Assembly: GCA_004431415.1 (NCBI GenBank)
Contig: QPMI01000043.1
Coordinates: 127,694-191,693, forward strand
Length of the DNA stretch: 64,000 bases
Direction of reading: 5' to 3'
Source of the DNA: Cyanophora paradoxa CCMP329
Taxonomy: Eukaryota > Plantae > Glaucophyta
Shown here: positions 1-12,800 of the stretch, in pieces
How positions within the stretch are numbered: position 1 is the first letter of the stretch
Layout: every line of letters begins with the position of its first letter
Notes under the pieces: model-generated
The model's database searches: none
Told to the model about the DNA's origin: nothing
Seen by the model: the letters and a program-made list of their open reading frames with translations, nothing else
Made by a program: the position numbers and the translations under genes

Positions 1-2285
1 GGGCTTGAGGGCGGGCGGGGCTCCGTTTCGCTGCTGCAGACCTGTTGCTTCGAGGCCGGGCGCGCTCCGCGAGGTGCACTGAGCCTCTTCGCTGCGCCGC
101 CGGCCCGCCCGGCTCAAGAATCGTCGCAGGTCGCGTGCTGGCGGGCTTGAGGGCGGGCGGGGCTCCGTTTCGCTGCTGCAGACCTGTTGCTTCGAGGCCG
201 GGCGCGCTCCGCGAGGTGCACTGAGCCTCTTCGCTGCGCCGCCGGCCCGCCCGGCTCAAGAATCGTCGCAGGTCGCGTGCTGGCGGGCTTGAGGGCGGGC
301 GGGGCTCCGTTTCGCTGCTGCAGACCTGTTGCTTCGAGGCCGGGCGCGCTCCGCGAGGTGCACTGAGCCTCTTCGCTGCGCCGCCGGCCGGCCCGGCTCA
401 AGAATCGTCGCAGGTCGCGTGCTGGCGGGCTTGAGGGCGGGCGGGGCTCCGTTTCGCTGCTGCAGACCTGTTGCTTCGAGGCCGGGCGCGCTCTGCGAGG
501 TGCACTGAGCCTCTTCGCTGCGCCGCCGGCCCGCCCGGATTAAGAATCGTCGCAGGTCGCGTGCTGGCGGGCTTGAGGGCGGGCGGGGCTCCGTTTCACT
601 GCGCCGGACCTGTTTCTTCGAGGCCGGGCGCGCTCCGCGAGGTGCACTGAGCCTCTTCGCTGCGCCGCCGGCCGGCCCGGCTCAAGAATCGTCGCAGGTC
701 GCGTGCTGGCGGGCTTGAGGGCGGGCGGGGCTCCGTTTCGCTGCTGCAGACCTGTTGCTTCGAGGCCGGGCGCGCTCCGCGAGGTTTACTGAGCCTCTTC
801 GCTGTGCCGCCGGCCGGCATGGCTCAAGAATCGTCGCAGGTCGCGTGCTGGCGGGCTTGAGGGCGGGCGGGGCTCCGTTTCACTGCGCCGGGCCTGTTTC
901 TTCGAGGCCGGGCGCGCTCTGCGAGGTGCACTGAGCCTCTTCGCTGCGCCGCCGGCCGGCCCGGCTCAAGAATCGTCGCAGGTCGCGTGCTGGCGGGCTT
1001 GAGGGCGGGCGGGGCTCCGTTTCGCTGCTGCAGACCTGTTGCTTCGAGGCCGGGCGCGCTCCGCGAGGTGCACTGAGCCTCTTCGCTGCGCCGCCGGCCC
1101 GCCCGGCTCAAGAATTCGTCGCAGGTCGCGTGCTGGCGGGCTTGAGGGCGGGCGGGGCTCCGTTTCGCTGCTGCAGACCTGTTGCTTCGAGGCCGGGCGC
1201 GCTCCGCGAGGTGCACTGAGCCTCTTCGCTGTGCCGCCGGCCCGCCCGGCTCAAGAATCGTCGCAGGTCGCGTGCTGGCGGGCTTGAGGGCGGGCGGGGC
1301 TCCGTTTCGCTGCTGCAGACCTGTTGCTTCGAGGCCGGGCGCGCTCCGCGAGGTGCACTGAGCCTCTTCGCTGCGCCGCCGGCCGGCCCGGCTCAAGAAT
1401 CGTCGCAGGTCGCGTGCTGGCGGGCTTGAGGCCGGGCGGGGCTCCGTTTCGCTGCTGCAGACCTGTTGCTTCGAGGCCGGGCGCACTCCGCGAGGTTCAC
1501 TGAGCCTCTTTGCTGCGCCGCCGGCCCGCCCGGCTCAAGAATCGTCGCAGGTCGCGTGCTGGCGGGCTTGAGGGCGGGCGGGGCTCCGTTTCACTGCGCC
1601 GGGCCTGTTGCTTCGAGGCCGGGCGCGCTCCGCGAGGTGCACTGAGCCTCTTCGTTGCGCCGCCGGCCGGCCCGGCTCAAGAATCGTCGCAGGTCGCGTG
1701 CTGGCGGGCTTGAGGGCGGGCGGGGCTCCGTTTCGCTGCTGCAGACCTGTTGCTTCGAGGCCGGGCGCGCCCCGCGAGGTGCACTGAGCCTCTTTGCTGC
1801 GCCGCCGGCCCGCCCGGCTCAAGATCGTCGCAGGTCGCGTGCTGGTGGGCTTGAGGGCGGGCGGGGCTCCGTTTCGCTGCTGCAGACCTGTTGCTTCGAG
1901 GCCGGGCGCGCTCCGCGAGGTGCACTGAGCCTCTTCCCTGCGCCGCTGGCCCGCCCGGCTCAAGAATCGTCGCAGGTCGCGTGCTGGCGGGCTTGAGGGC
2001 GGGCGGGGCTCCGTTTCGCTGCTGCAGACCTGTTGCTTCGAGGCCGGGCGCGCTCTGCGAGGTGCACTGAGCCTCTTTGCTGCGCCGCCGGCCGGCATGG
2101 CTCAAGAATCGTTGCAAGTCGCGTGCTGGCGGGCTTGAGGGCGGGCGGGGCTCCGTTTCGCTGCTGCAGACCTGTTGCTTCGAGGCCGGGCGCGCTCCGC
2201 GAGGTGCACTGAGCCTCTTCGCTGCGCCGCCGGCCCGCCCGGCTCAAGAATTCGTCGCACTGCGGCAGGTCGCGTGCTGGTGGGC
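1..2285. repeat. GC-rich tandem satellite, 142-bp unit, ~16 copies (continues off the left edge)
   Basis: Unit start GGGCTTGAGGGCGGGCGGGGCTCC recurs at 1, 143, 285, ...; few substitutions between copies. Confidence 0.95.
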
Positions 2286-3511
2286 CCGGTCTTATTGCAA
2301 TTCTCATTTCAAGTTTTTTGAATCAAATCAAATCAGCAAGAGTATATGAGATCACTTAGAGAAGTTTAGATCAGTCGTAGCCGAGGCCGGGAGCAGATAA
2401 GGGCTTCATCTCTTCATAGCTATAGAGAATACGTATACGAGCACTCTGGGTCCGTCACAGCCACTAGTACTGAGCTAGCTAGCGCTCAGCGGCTTCATGA
2501 TTGGGGTCTTGGAACTTCAAGGCTTCGAGGCTCTGAGGCCTCTGAGGCTTCAAGTGCAGCTGAGGCTTCATGATAATTATATATAATGACGGGGTCACTG
2601 ATCATGAGTTAGTGAGCCTCGATCGGAGGGAGCTTCTGAGCAGCGGAGCCCTTAAAGGCCCTGAGGCGATCATGACGGGCTCACGAGCATCATGCTCATG
2701 ATCAGGCCCTGAGGACCTGGCGGCTAGGTTAGGCTGGAGGTTACGACTTCACTGATGATGATCATGATGTCTCTGGGCTTTGAGGTCCTGAGGCTTCAGG
2801 ATCATCGCGATATGACCGGATCACTGTGTCAGCAACTTGGCAAGCCTCGGAGAAAGCTTCTGAGCCCTTGAAACTTGAAAGCTTCTGAGCCCTTGACTCA
2901 GTGAAAACTTCTCAGCCCTCACAGGGCCTGTGGCCTTCATGACGGGCTCATAATCATGAGCATCATCATCATGATCAGGCCCGGCGGCCAGGAGGACCTC
3001 GCGGCTAGCTATAGGATAGGCTGGAGGTTACGGCTTCACTGCTTCATGATCATGATGCCGTTGGGCTTTGAGGCCCTGAGGCCTCATGATCATGAGCCAC
3101 AGAAGAAGCTTCCGAGTTCTGAGCCGCTGAGCCCTCAGAGGCCCTGAGGCTTCGACACGGGCTCATCATGGCATAAGCATCATTCGAGGCCCCGCAGCTG
3201 ATTAATATTGCATGACGGGGAACCTAACCTAGCAGCTAGCAGCTAGCATCGCTCGAAAAGAGCTATCCGCAGAAGCATTAAGATGGAGACTGGGCCGCGG
3301 ACCTGCAGAGCCCGCCGTGCTATTTGTGGCCGGAAAGTCGATGCTGGAGATTGAGCTCCTCGCATCATGGGCACGCTTATCAATAGCGCCAGTTTCGAAA
3401 ATCGGCCTGCAGCTAGCATCGTTCGAAAAGAACTGTCCGCAGAAGCATTAAGATGGAGACTGGGCCGCGGACCTGCAGAGCCCGCCGTGCTATTTGTGGC
3501 CGGAAAGTCGG

Positions 3512-3739
3512 AACGATCGCCACGTTGCAAAGATTCCGAAGTTCATTTCAATGTGCGCGATCCCGTGCACGCCCCTGCCTGTGTGGGCACTGCGCTGGTA
3601 CCGACGCGGGCCCCGCTGGCCCCACGCGGGCCCCGCACTGTCCGCTGTAAATATGAATGGCTCGCATCATTACTTGAAGATTTTTCCATGCATGGCTTGG
3701 CTCGGCCTCCGCCGGATCCGTTCCGCAGGAAACAAAGCT
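3512..3739 (+). repeat. Host dispersed repeat, 228 bp, copy 1
   Basis: Near-identical to 5999-6226; diverged partial copy at ~37500-37615. Confidence 0.85.
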
Positions 3740-5998
3740 CATGAGCAGGCACCCGAGCGCCGGCGTTGCATCAAGAGCTTCAAGGCTTATTGCAAGGGGG
3801 GAAAGAAGACCGAAGGTCTTCCCCCCTTGCTTCCCGTTCCCTCGCTTCAGCCAAAATTTCTTCTATGAGGCCGTTTTCGAGGTCCAGTTTGCAACGCGGG
3901 AAAAAAATGGGCCGAAATTCGGTTGCAGCGACACGTGTTTGTCGCTGCGGCCGTCCATGCAAAAAAAGGTTTTCGAGGGCGAAGACCAGTTTTCCTTGAC
4001 TTGAAGCCTGGAAACCAACTTCTCTCTCATTCCGATCTTCGAATTCCTTAAGCTTCCGCGGTTCTAGCGAAGACCAGTTTTCCTCGACTTGAAGCCTGGA
4101 AACCAACTTCTCTCTCATTCCCGTCTTCGAATTCCTTCCGCGGTTCTGCATGGAACCAGTTCTCCCTATAGCTAGCTGTCTCCTGTAGATTTCGGCTTCC
4201 TCGCAGTGCGTCGCGTACGCCTTGCTCTTCGTTGCGCGGTTCTGCATGGAACCACTTCTCCCTAGCTGTCTTGCTCGATCTCCTCTAGATTTCCACTTCC
4301 TCGCACTGCGCCGCGTACGCCGCACGGAATTTCTTAAAACTTCCGAAGTTCTCCCTAGCTGTCTTGCTCGATCTCCTCTGGATTTCCACTTCCTCGCAGT
4401 GCGCCGCGTACGCCGCACGGTACCCGTGCCGCCTGATCTACTTTTGACTGCATTAAGCTTGCACCGCAGCACGTGCACCGAAGCACGCGCAGCCCGTGGG
4501 CCGGATTGGCCCGTACCGCGTAGCTTTTCCTCGCGATCCAGCCTCTGCTCGCAGCCGCATCGCTGCGCCGACCTCGTTGGCGCCCCGGCCGCTGTCCCTT
4601 CGCGCCGGGCGGTCTTGCGAGCTGACCAGCTCTTGCGAGCGGATCAGCGGCAAACCGATCGCGAGCGTTCGAGTTGCGAATAACAAAGAGCGGCGCGTGT
4701 GCAGCTGCAGCGCGTGAACAGTGAGTAAGCGAGATCATTGCGTGCACGAGAATCCGGGCGTGAACTGATCATGAGCTTCGGCACTGAGCTTACTAAGTTA
4801 ACGTTAGTGCTCCCGCCGGACGGATACCGGCACGCCGCGTCCAGCTGGCCGTCAGGAGCGGCCCCCGACGTCGGCGGTCTCGTGTCCGTGCTCGGAGCGG
4901 CTGAGAAGCCGCTGCTCATCCTCGCCGAGTCGTCCGCGAGCTCCCCGACCGGGCTGGCTTCCCCCCCACGCGCGAGCAAGCCGTCGCCTTCGCTTTAGCG
5001 ACCGTCGAAGTTAAGCACTCGCGGCTGCACGGCAGGATAGCTTCGTCGTTCGCTTTGTCGGGTGCGTGAAGATTCATTGAAGTGGACCGCCCATAGCTCA
5101 CCTCTGTTTATAATTGCCACGGCAGGCCTGCGATCGAGGACCTCCAAATGGGAGTCCTCAACCGCCTCCGTGACGCCGGCCTCGCGGATATCGAAATTCA
5201 AGACCTTGTCTACCAGATGCGCAGCGGGAGCGAGCAGCGCGCCAGCCGCGTGGCTCTGCGGGCGCTCGAAGCGGCGGGCCGCCTCACCATGCTCTCGCAA
5301 GACGGCTCTCTTCAGGACCGCCGCCGCTGGCTGCCGCTCACCCCATGGGCGACTTCCGCCTCGACCCGCTCCAGAAGGCCTGGATCGCCTATGTTTACGG
5401 CGAGCCCTCTGCAGACAACACCATCATCTTTTAGCCAGCTGTTCAGGGTTAGGGGTAGGCCGCGCGAACACAAATGATGCGCAGCGTTTTTCCGCTCCAG
5501 ACCAGTCTTTCATATACAGTGCGCTGAATCTGGCCTTTCATTCAGGCTTTTCTTTATTCGGTTAGATCGCAGCGTCTGCATATCAGCCCTTTTCTACTCT
5601 TTTCAATCATATATAATCTGTGTCTATCTTTACTATATATATATAGCTACTTCAACCTGCCGCGCGCGCTGGGCCGGGGTCGATCTACATCTGCCCCGTG
5701 CATGTTCGTGCCACTACTACTCTTTCATTACATCCCGATTCCCCCCTTGCACCCCCGGCGCGCCAAAACGCGGCCGGGCCACTAGTAAAATTATAATTAC
5801 GATCTACTATTACGTTCGAATTCGCAATGGCGACCTGGCCATGGGCCAGCGATGAGCCGTGGTAATATTAATGCCACCATTGGTCATGAGTCGCAGTCCT
5901 GCACAACTGGCCTCCGAATTCGGAATTCGGAATTCGAATTCGAAAGTCGTTATCGATTCTTGAGCTTCACCAAATCTCATCATGAGCATAAGCTCTTT

Positions 5999-6226
5999 AA
6001 CGATCGCCACGTTGCAAAGATTCCGAAGTTCATTTCAATGTGCGCGATCCCGTGCACGCCCCGGCCTGTGTGGGCACTGCGCTGGTACCGACGCGGGCCC
6101 CGCTGGCCCCACGCGGGCCCCGCACTGTCCGCTGTAAATATGAGTGGTTCGCATCATTACTTGAAGATTTTTCCATGCATAGCTTGGCTCGGCCTCCGCC
6201 GGATCCGTTCCGCATGAAACAAAGCT
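5999..6226 (+). repeat. Host dispersed repeat, 228 bp, copy 2
   Basis: Near-identical to 3512-3739. Confidence 0.85.
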
Positions 6227-6390
6227 TTTAATCAGCTGCGCATGCAGGGAGCCGCGCGCCGGCGTGCCGGCGTCCGGATCCGGTCCCAGCTCTCTCCGAG
6301 GCTCAGAACAACATTGCGCAACGATATCAAAGCCACGTACGTGCACATGCGCGTTCTTTCTGGCTTGTAGACAGAGGGGAGAAAGGAGAG

Positions 6391-6613
<223 letters not shown>

Positions 6614-7367
6614 AGACACCCGCTCACGCGGGGAAGGCCCCCCCCCCTCCCCCCACCCCTTCCCACACATCCAGATTCCTTCGAGTTATCCAGATCTAAT
6701 TATAAGGGGAAGAACATCGATTTAAATCAGTACACAGCCTCAATAAAAGATCAAGGTGGATCGATATCTAAGTAGATCTAGAGAGCTGCCAGGCTGGACC
6801 AAAGCAGGCGGATCTGAGAGCTGGACCAAAGCAGGCGGATCTAGAACTAGAAAGGCATGTGTAGCATCGATTTTTCGGTTCAGACTGCATGTCGGAGGCT
6901 TGTCGTGCGCGTATAGTATGTTAAATTTCATATAAGCATCGAAGAAACATACACTTCCCAGCGCTAGAGTACGTAGCGATCTTGAGCATCCGCTGCGCAT
7001 GCATCGCTCGCAGTGCTTGCTCGCAATTTTCGTGAGCCTAGTACTAGTGAGAGCTGCTGAGGCCGGGCGTCTTCGAATTCAAACCATGCATCGATATCGC
7101 TAGATAAACATCACAAGAGCGTGCAGAAATATTCCTGAGAGCTGGAGCAGCGGAGGCGCATCGAGAATTAGAAAGGCATGTGTAGGATCGATTTTCCGGT
7201 TCAGACTGGATTTCGGAGGCTTCTCGCGCGCGTGTAGCATGCTGAAGTTCAAGGCACGGGTGTGCGGAAAGGTTCAAGGGCGTGTCCAGGATCAAATTCG
7301 ACTGCAGCCCCGGTTCCCGGGGTCCGGCGCGTGCCTGGAGCATGCGAAACGCTTAGTTTACATCCAA

Positions 7368-7373
7368 CATACA
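7368..7373 (+). repeat. Left target-site duplication CATACA of element 1
   Basis: Same hexamer immediately follows the right TIR (36289-36294). Confidence 0.95.
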
Positions 7374-7898
7374 ACACATAGTAAAATGCGGAGTTTTAAC
7401 CCTCGGCTTATCTTAATTGATTTTGTTGATATATCTCGTATATTCTATTTCAATCAATCGATAATCTGTGTATATCTTATCGAATATTCATTTATTTCGT
7501 TTATTTTGTATTCTTTTCGATATTTTATCGTAAATTTCTCTTATTTTCCAATTAGTCTTACTGAGTCTATCGATAATCTGTATATATTTCCGAATAATAT
7601 AACTGAATCTCAATTAGATCTTGCCTCTGGTTAAAACTCCGCATTTTACTATGTGTGATTGGTCTGTTTGTTAATTGATTTAATCGATATTATATTCATG
7701 TACTTTCTCGATTAAATTTAATTAAATTTAATTCATTTAATCGGAAATATATCGCTAAACTCGATTAAGATCCATAAATGATTCATTTGTTTATATTAAC
7801 AAATCGATCTCTTATTGAATTCAATCGTAATTATACATGAAACTTATATGATTTTATCATTGTTTTGTTGAGTCTAAGGGGGGACCCTTAGGATTTTG

Positions 7899-8019
7899 GG
7901 TGTGACAGGTGTGACAGGTGTGACAGGTCAATCCCAAGGAAAGTCCTAGTGAGAAATTGATTTTTAAAATCCACGGGATAAACCTGTCACACCTGTCACA
8001 CAAACCATATTCAGTAAGG
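7899..8019. promoter_or_regulatory. Iteron cassette A in TIR (putative origin): (GGTGTGACA)x3 / spacer / inverted x2
   Basis: Inverted 9-bp iterons; homologous copy at 16946-17066 behind the primase-helicase; mirrored at 35643-35763. Confidence 0.6.
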
Positions 8020-8063
8020 ACCTCATATATTGTGAAAATCTCAGTGTTAGTTGGTGTTAAATC

Positions 8064-8255
8064 TTTCAGGCAGCATTTATTTGTCAGGCATTAAATCTAT
8101 CGATTTTCATAAAGTATTTTATTTTGGCTAAGTCATTGTTTGGATTAACAATGAAATTTCAATTTTATAAAAGTTTTCTAAAAAGGTGCCTGACAATGCC
8201 TGACATACTATATTAGTGCCTGACAACTATATTATAGTGCCTGACAAACCATATA
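8064..8255. promoter_or_regulatory. Iteron cassette B in TIR: TGTCAGGCA ... (TGCCTGACA)x4
   Basis: TGCCTGACA at 8187, 8197, 8217, 8238; inverted at 8082 (partial at 8066); mirrored at 35407-35598. Confidence 0.5.
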
Positions 8256-8498
8256 TGGTAATACTATATGTTATAACCTACTTTCTCAGTGTTAGTTGGT
8301 GTAGTTGATTCAAATAATGCATTTTATACTCTGATTCATTGTTATTTCCTGTGAAATTTGAGTCAACTCAACCCACTTAGTCAACCCTTGCATTGAATTC
8401 GTAACAAAATCCATATACTATCGATTAATATGAGTCAACCTTGAGTCCACTTTAATAATAGGGGGAATCTTGGGGAGATGCTTATTAGATGCTATTAA

Positions 8499-9884
8499 TT
8501 AGCTAGTTTTGGTCCTTTCTCTTAGTGTTCTTTGAGGTTTAGGGGCTGTATATGACTCCTTAGTAGTCTGAAAGTCATTATACCATCTTTGGCTATTCAC
8601 TTCTGAAAGTTTCTGTGTTCCTGCTATAGTGAGCTTTTTGAGTTCCCTGTTAACTTTGCCAGCCTTCTCCTTTCTAGCCTCTATCAAAGGCTTATCTGGG
8701 ACTTCATTAGCAGCTTCTATGCCCTCTCTCCTTATAGAAGCATCAACCCTAGCTTCCTCTTTAGCTTGCTCTAAGGCATCCACTGTAGGGGCTTCCAGAT
8801 ACTCAACTGCATTCACAGGCAACAGCTCATGGAAAGCAAACCTGTTATCTATGATCTCTCCAGTGGGACTCTTTAGCTTAAACTTAAAGCCTTCTCTACT
8901 ATCAACAGTGTAAACCATCCTAGACCAATTGTTACCCTGTTTAGCAAAGGGGTTCTTCTCTACTTTCACTCTAACAAACATGCCAGGCTGCATGGTATCA
9001 AGATAAGCTATTGATTTCTTGAATCTTTCATCTTCTAATCCTACTATATACCTATAATGCTCCTCTGTAGTTTCACCTGGCTTCATCTTAGTAGCTGAGT
9101 GAACTGTATTATTGTAATTATACTCAATATCACCTAACACATCAAAGAATCTAGCTGTGTTATTAGCTATGCAGTAGTTTGTGATCAGTCTCTTAATCTG
9201 CTTGTTAAAGGCTTCAATTCGACCTTGGCTTCTATGGTCAGCAGTTCCACTCACTTGGTGTTCTATGAATTTACTAGATAAATACTCCTGGAATATTCGA
9301 TTTTGGAACTCACTCCCAGCATCTGATTGAACTTTTACTATGGGTCTTGCCACTCTCATTTCAAGCTGCTTAAATGCAGCTAATGTAGTGAGAGCTGATT
9401 TATCTCTTATAGGTATAATATACCCAGTTCTTAGTGTGGATTCCATAGCAGTCATAAAGGTATCATAGCCATTGTTTTGTTTCTTATAAGCTGGGAAAAA
9501 GAGCAAATCAATCACATAGGTATCAAGGGGTTGCCTTATTGGAACCATGGGATCTCTCTTCCTAGATATAGCTGGTGCATTGATCTGAACTACCTCTTGT
9601 TTTTTATAGAACTCTTGCAACTGCTTATAGGATTCATCTGGTAACTCAGCCCTCATAGCTTGAAGCCCTTTGTAACCAGTTCTCACATCATAGAATCTCT
9701 TGGCAATCTTGCTGGTTTCTTTCACTGCAATAGCAACTGGGATCTCTACTGGGACAAGCTCTTTCATCTCTGACTTTTTGACAATTCGAGATTCCCCCTT
9801 TTCCTCCTTTGGAACTGTGATGGGCAGTAGGTTACCTTGTAGTTGCTCAGTGGTTCTCCTAACTATTCTTCCAGTTGCTGGCAT
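8499..9884 (-). CDS. Retroviral-like (rve) DDE integrase
   Basis: YVIDL...VQSDAGSEF...QGRIEAFN (D,D,E); YNNTVHSATKMKP motif; fits a 6-bp TSD. Confidence 0.93.
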   Translation of the reverse strand: MPATGRIVRRTTEQLQGNLLPITVPKEEKGESRIVKKSEMKELVPVEIPVAIAVKETSKIAKRFYDVRTGYKGLQAMRAELPDESYKQLQEFYKKQEVVQINAPAISRKRDPMVPIRQPLDTYVIDLLFFPAYKKQNNGYDTFMTAMESTLRTGYIIPIRDKSALTTLAAFKQLEMRVARPIVKVQSDAGSEFQNRIFQEYLSSKFIEHQVSGTADHRSQGRIEAFNKQIKRLITNYCIANNTARFFDVLGDIEYNYNNTVHSATKMKPGETTEEHYRYIVGLEDERFKKSIAYLDTMQPGMFVRVKVEKNPFAKQGNNWSRMVYTVDSREGFKFKLKSPTGEIIDNRFAFHELLPVNAVEYLEAPTVDALEQAKEEARVDASIRREGIEAANEVPDKPLIEARKEKAGKVNRELKKLTIAGTQKLSEVNSQRWYNDFQTTKESYTAPKPQRTLRERTKTS

Positions 9885-9887
9885 CTC

Positions 9888-12800
9888 TTAATTAAAAGGA
9901 ACAGAATTAATACCATCTGGTAAGATGTATCTCTTTGCATCAAAGCAGTTTAGGGCAACCCTTCTACTCACAGTGTCTATTATTGTGTGATCTGCCCTTC
10001 TTTTCTGCTTTGCAGTCACAGTCTTGCTGATACCTGCAAATAAACACTGTTTAAAATCATTAAATTGGAGTTCCTCAGTTGAAGTCCCAGAGAGCTTACT
10101 CCTCTCAATCTCAGCAGTTCTGAAACTGTAAACTTTAGCTCTCAGACCCACATACTCCAATATAGCAGAGCCAGGCATTTCATTTTTGTATTTACCTGGG
10201 TCATTCTGGAATCACCTCCAAGGTCTAATGCATAGGATATATTCTCTATATCTTTTGTAGGGTCTTAGATTCGATATATAGACAAAAGGAGTCAGTATCA
10301 TGGAATAGTAACTTTGCTTTTGTCCATTGGGACCTTACAGTATCATAGAAGAACTTGTAGTTATGCAGTTTGGCTGCATCCAGAACATAAGCCCAATAGC
10401 AACTGGCTTATCTAGCTTCACATGCTTTGTGTAAAACTCAAAGGCAACTGCTTTTTCGTTTATGGGACTTGTTGATTTCACCAATGGGGAGGCTGCATAT
10501 TTCATAAACAGTTTCTCACTGTTTGCAATCTTAACCACAGATCTACCTCTGCAAGATTCAATGCATTTCCCATAGATTGAGTTATTCATGAGTTTATAGA
10601 AATCAGCCTCGAATTTATTCACTGCTTTCCTTCTCATGTCAGTATTCAGCTCAATATAGGGTTTCATTACAGGAGCCACAGTAAATGATAGGACCCTGTG
10701 AACTTTCTTTAATTTCACCCCTTTGTCCAACAGATATTGCAGAAGAGGCTCAGAAATCACATAGTTGGTCACAGAACCAAAGGTTGCAGTTAGCTTAGGG
10801 GTCTTATCAAGCTCTTCTCCTGAGAGATCTAATAGGCTCTTTTGATATTGTGATAATTCTGCATATTCTACTATTTTCTTGTTAATAATTAGGGGGAAAT
10901 CACTGTGGTCTAGATATAGCCTAATTGGGTAATCCAGATCAACTTCCAGGAAACTGGATCTGTTATCTTGTGGGTTGAATTCGGTCTCCCATCTAAAATC
11001 ACCAACTGGGATTGGCTGACTCAAACAGTAGCCATACAAGTTGTTAGCATCAAACAGCATTATATGGGAGTTCTCACCATCAGCCTCAGCATACCTACAA
11101 GGCATTGTTGCAAAGCCACCCCTGATTCCCCTCTCAACAAATTCGTATTGCTCTACATCACTTATAAGCTCTATTTTTGCCTTGGTGGTCCTAAGCATAG
11201 CATCCCAAGATAACCCAGGTGCAGATACATAATGAACTGGGTCCAATCCATATACTGAGTGTGAAAGCCTTCTGAAGGCTTGGAATTTGTCCATTAACTC
11301 ATCTACATCAGCAGCCCCAAAGTCCATAAAATTACTTGCATCAATGAACTTGTAAAGACCCCATTGCAATGAAAGGTATTGATCAAAGTTTTTCGAAAGG
11401 ATTTCGATTCGCTTTTTATCACCCATGCCTGCTATTTTTCTGAAAATGAATGTCCCACAGTCATCCATTTGGTCAACAACCACTGCTACTTTTGTTTGCT
11501 TTGAGATTCTCCTATGGAGATTGCAGTTTCTGCATGCAGGAGCAATATAATGACCTGTGTGGTGATCATGATCCCTGCATTTGAAGTTCTCTTTGGTGAA
11601 CCTCTCACTGCAAAGGTAACAGTGTTTAGTAGCCTTGTAAATTGCTTTCTGCTCATCTGTGAGTTCATTCATGGGAATATTGGTAAACAGGAAGTCAATT
11701 AGCTCTCTTGCTTTGGATTCCAAGCATTCAAACAGACCTCCCATTGGATCCTGACCCTCAAATCGAAACTCCTGAACATCTGCCCCAGTGACTATTCTAA
11801 TGTTGACTGCTGAGACTTCCCTCTTGGATTTCGATGCATCAATGGGGATGCTTCTATGTTCAATCTTGCAGTAAACCACAACAGGAAGCCAGACAGTTTT
11901 CCTGAGGTTTTTCAGTCCAAACTCTATTGTGGTGTCAGGCTTAGGGGTGATTCCCTTTGAGAGTCTCCAATCAATGCATCTGTTTGAGTCCACATGAGCA
12001 GTGAGTTTAGCCTCAGACCTGAATCGAGATAAGCATGTATCACAGTAGTGTAACTTTTGATCCTTGGTTTTATCAAGGGCAACTCTGAGAAGTCTTGAAA
12101 GGGACATGATAGTAATATAGTGACCATTCCCTTCATCATCATGAATGAGCATGAGATTAATCTTTTGCTTTCTGCCTGGGTTGCTGGATTGATGCAGGGG
12201 ATAAATAACCTCTCCATCGATTCCAAATATATTAATGCTAATGCCTGCATTTTGAGCCTCGAATTTATCAATTATTTCAGCATCACAGGCAACAGGGAAT
12301 GGGATATTGTCGAAATTGAGAGCCAAAGGATTGTATGTGGTTGGTGAGTATTTCCATTTGCGATATTGTGTAAGCTCACTTCTCTTGTGGGAATTTACAT
12401 CTTTCCTATGGATCCATGCCAAAATGGCATTTTCAAAGCAAGAATCATCAATATTTCGAATATTCACTGTGGCTTTCTTAGCTGCAATTGATTCTGGTGT
12501 TTTAACATAGCAGCCACCAGTTGGGGCATAACTCATAATAGCAACTCTTAGCATTTCGATTCTCTCCAATCGATAGCTATCAACAACATTCATCTGTTCC
12601 TGACACATTTGGGCTGCTTTATTCAGCTCAGTTCGAATATTTCTCGATTTGGTTAATACAAAATAATCGCTGTAAATGTATTTCGATATCCAAACCTGTG
12701 GATTGCTGACTTTAACGAACTTGCAGATAAACGACAAGCGAACTTTGATTGCCCTGAATTGATCCAGACTATCTCTTAAACGTTTTGGTAGAGAGGTTGC

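Larger units (their letters stand above)
7374..8482 (+). repeat. Left terminal inverted repeat of element 1 (1109 bp)
   Basis: Reverse complement of 35180-36288; one mismatch noticed (~7550 vs ~36112); termini ACACATAG...CTATGTGT. Confidence 0.95.

Noticed and set aside
1-2349. Many ORFs in the 142-bp tandem array; possible CRISPR-like array
   Set aside because: ORFs are translations of a GC-rich satellite; units are wholly repeated with no unique spacers
2956-5565. Assorted GC-rich ORFs in the host flank
   Set aside because: No recognisable motifs; they overlap short local duplications; cannot be supported as genes
7239-7634. ORF repeated at 36028-36291
   Set aside because: Chance frame in the AT-rich TIR crossing the insertion junction; not conserved in element 2
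8629-8913. Antisense ORFs conserved in both elements (e.g. 8629/42279, 9700/43350)
   Set aside because: Shadows of conserved genes on the opposite strand
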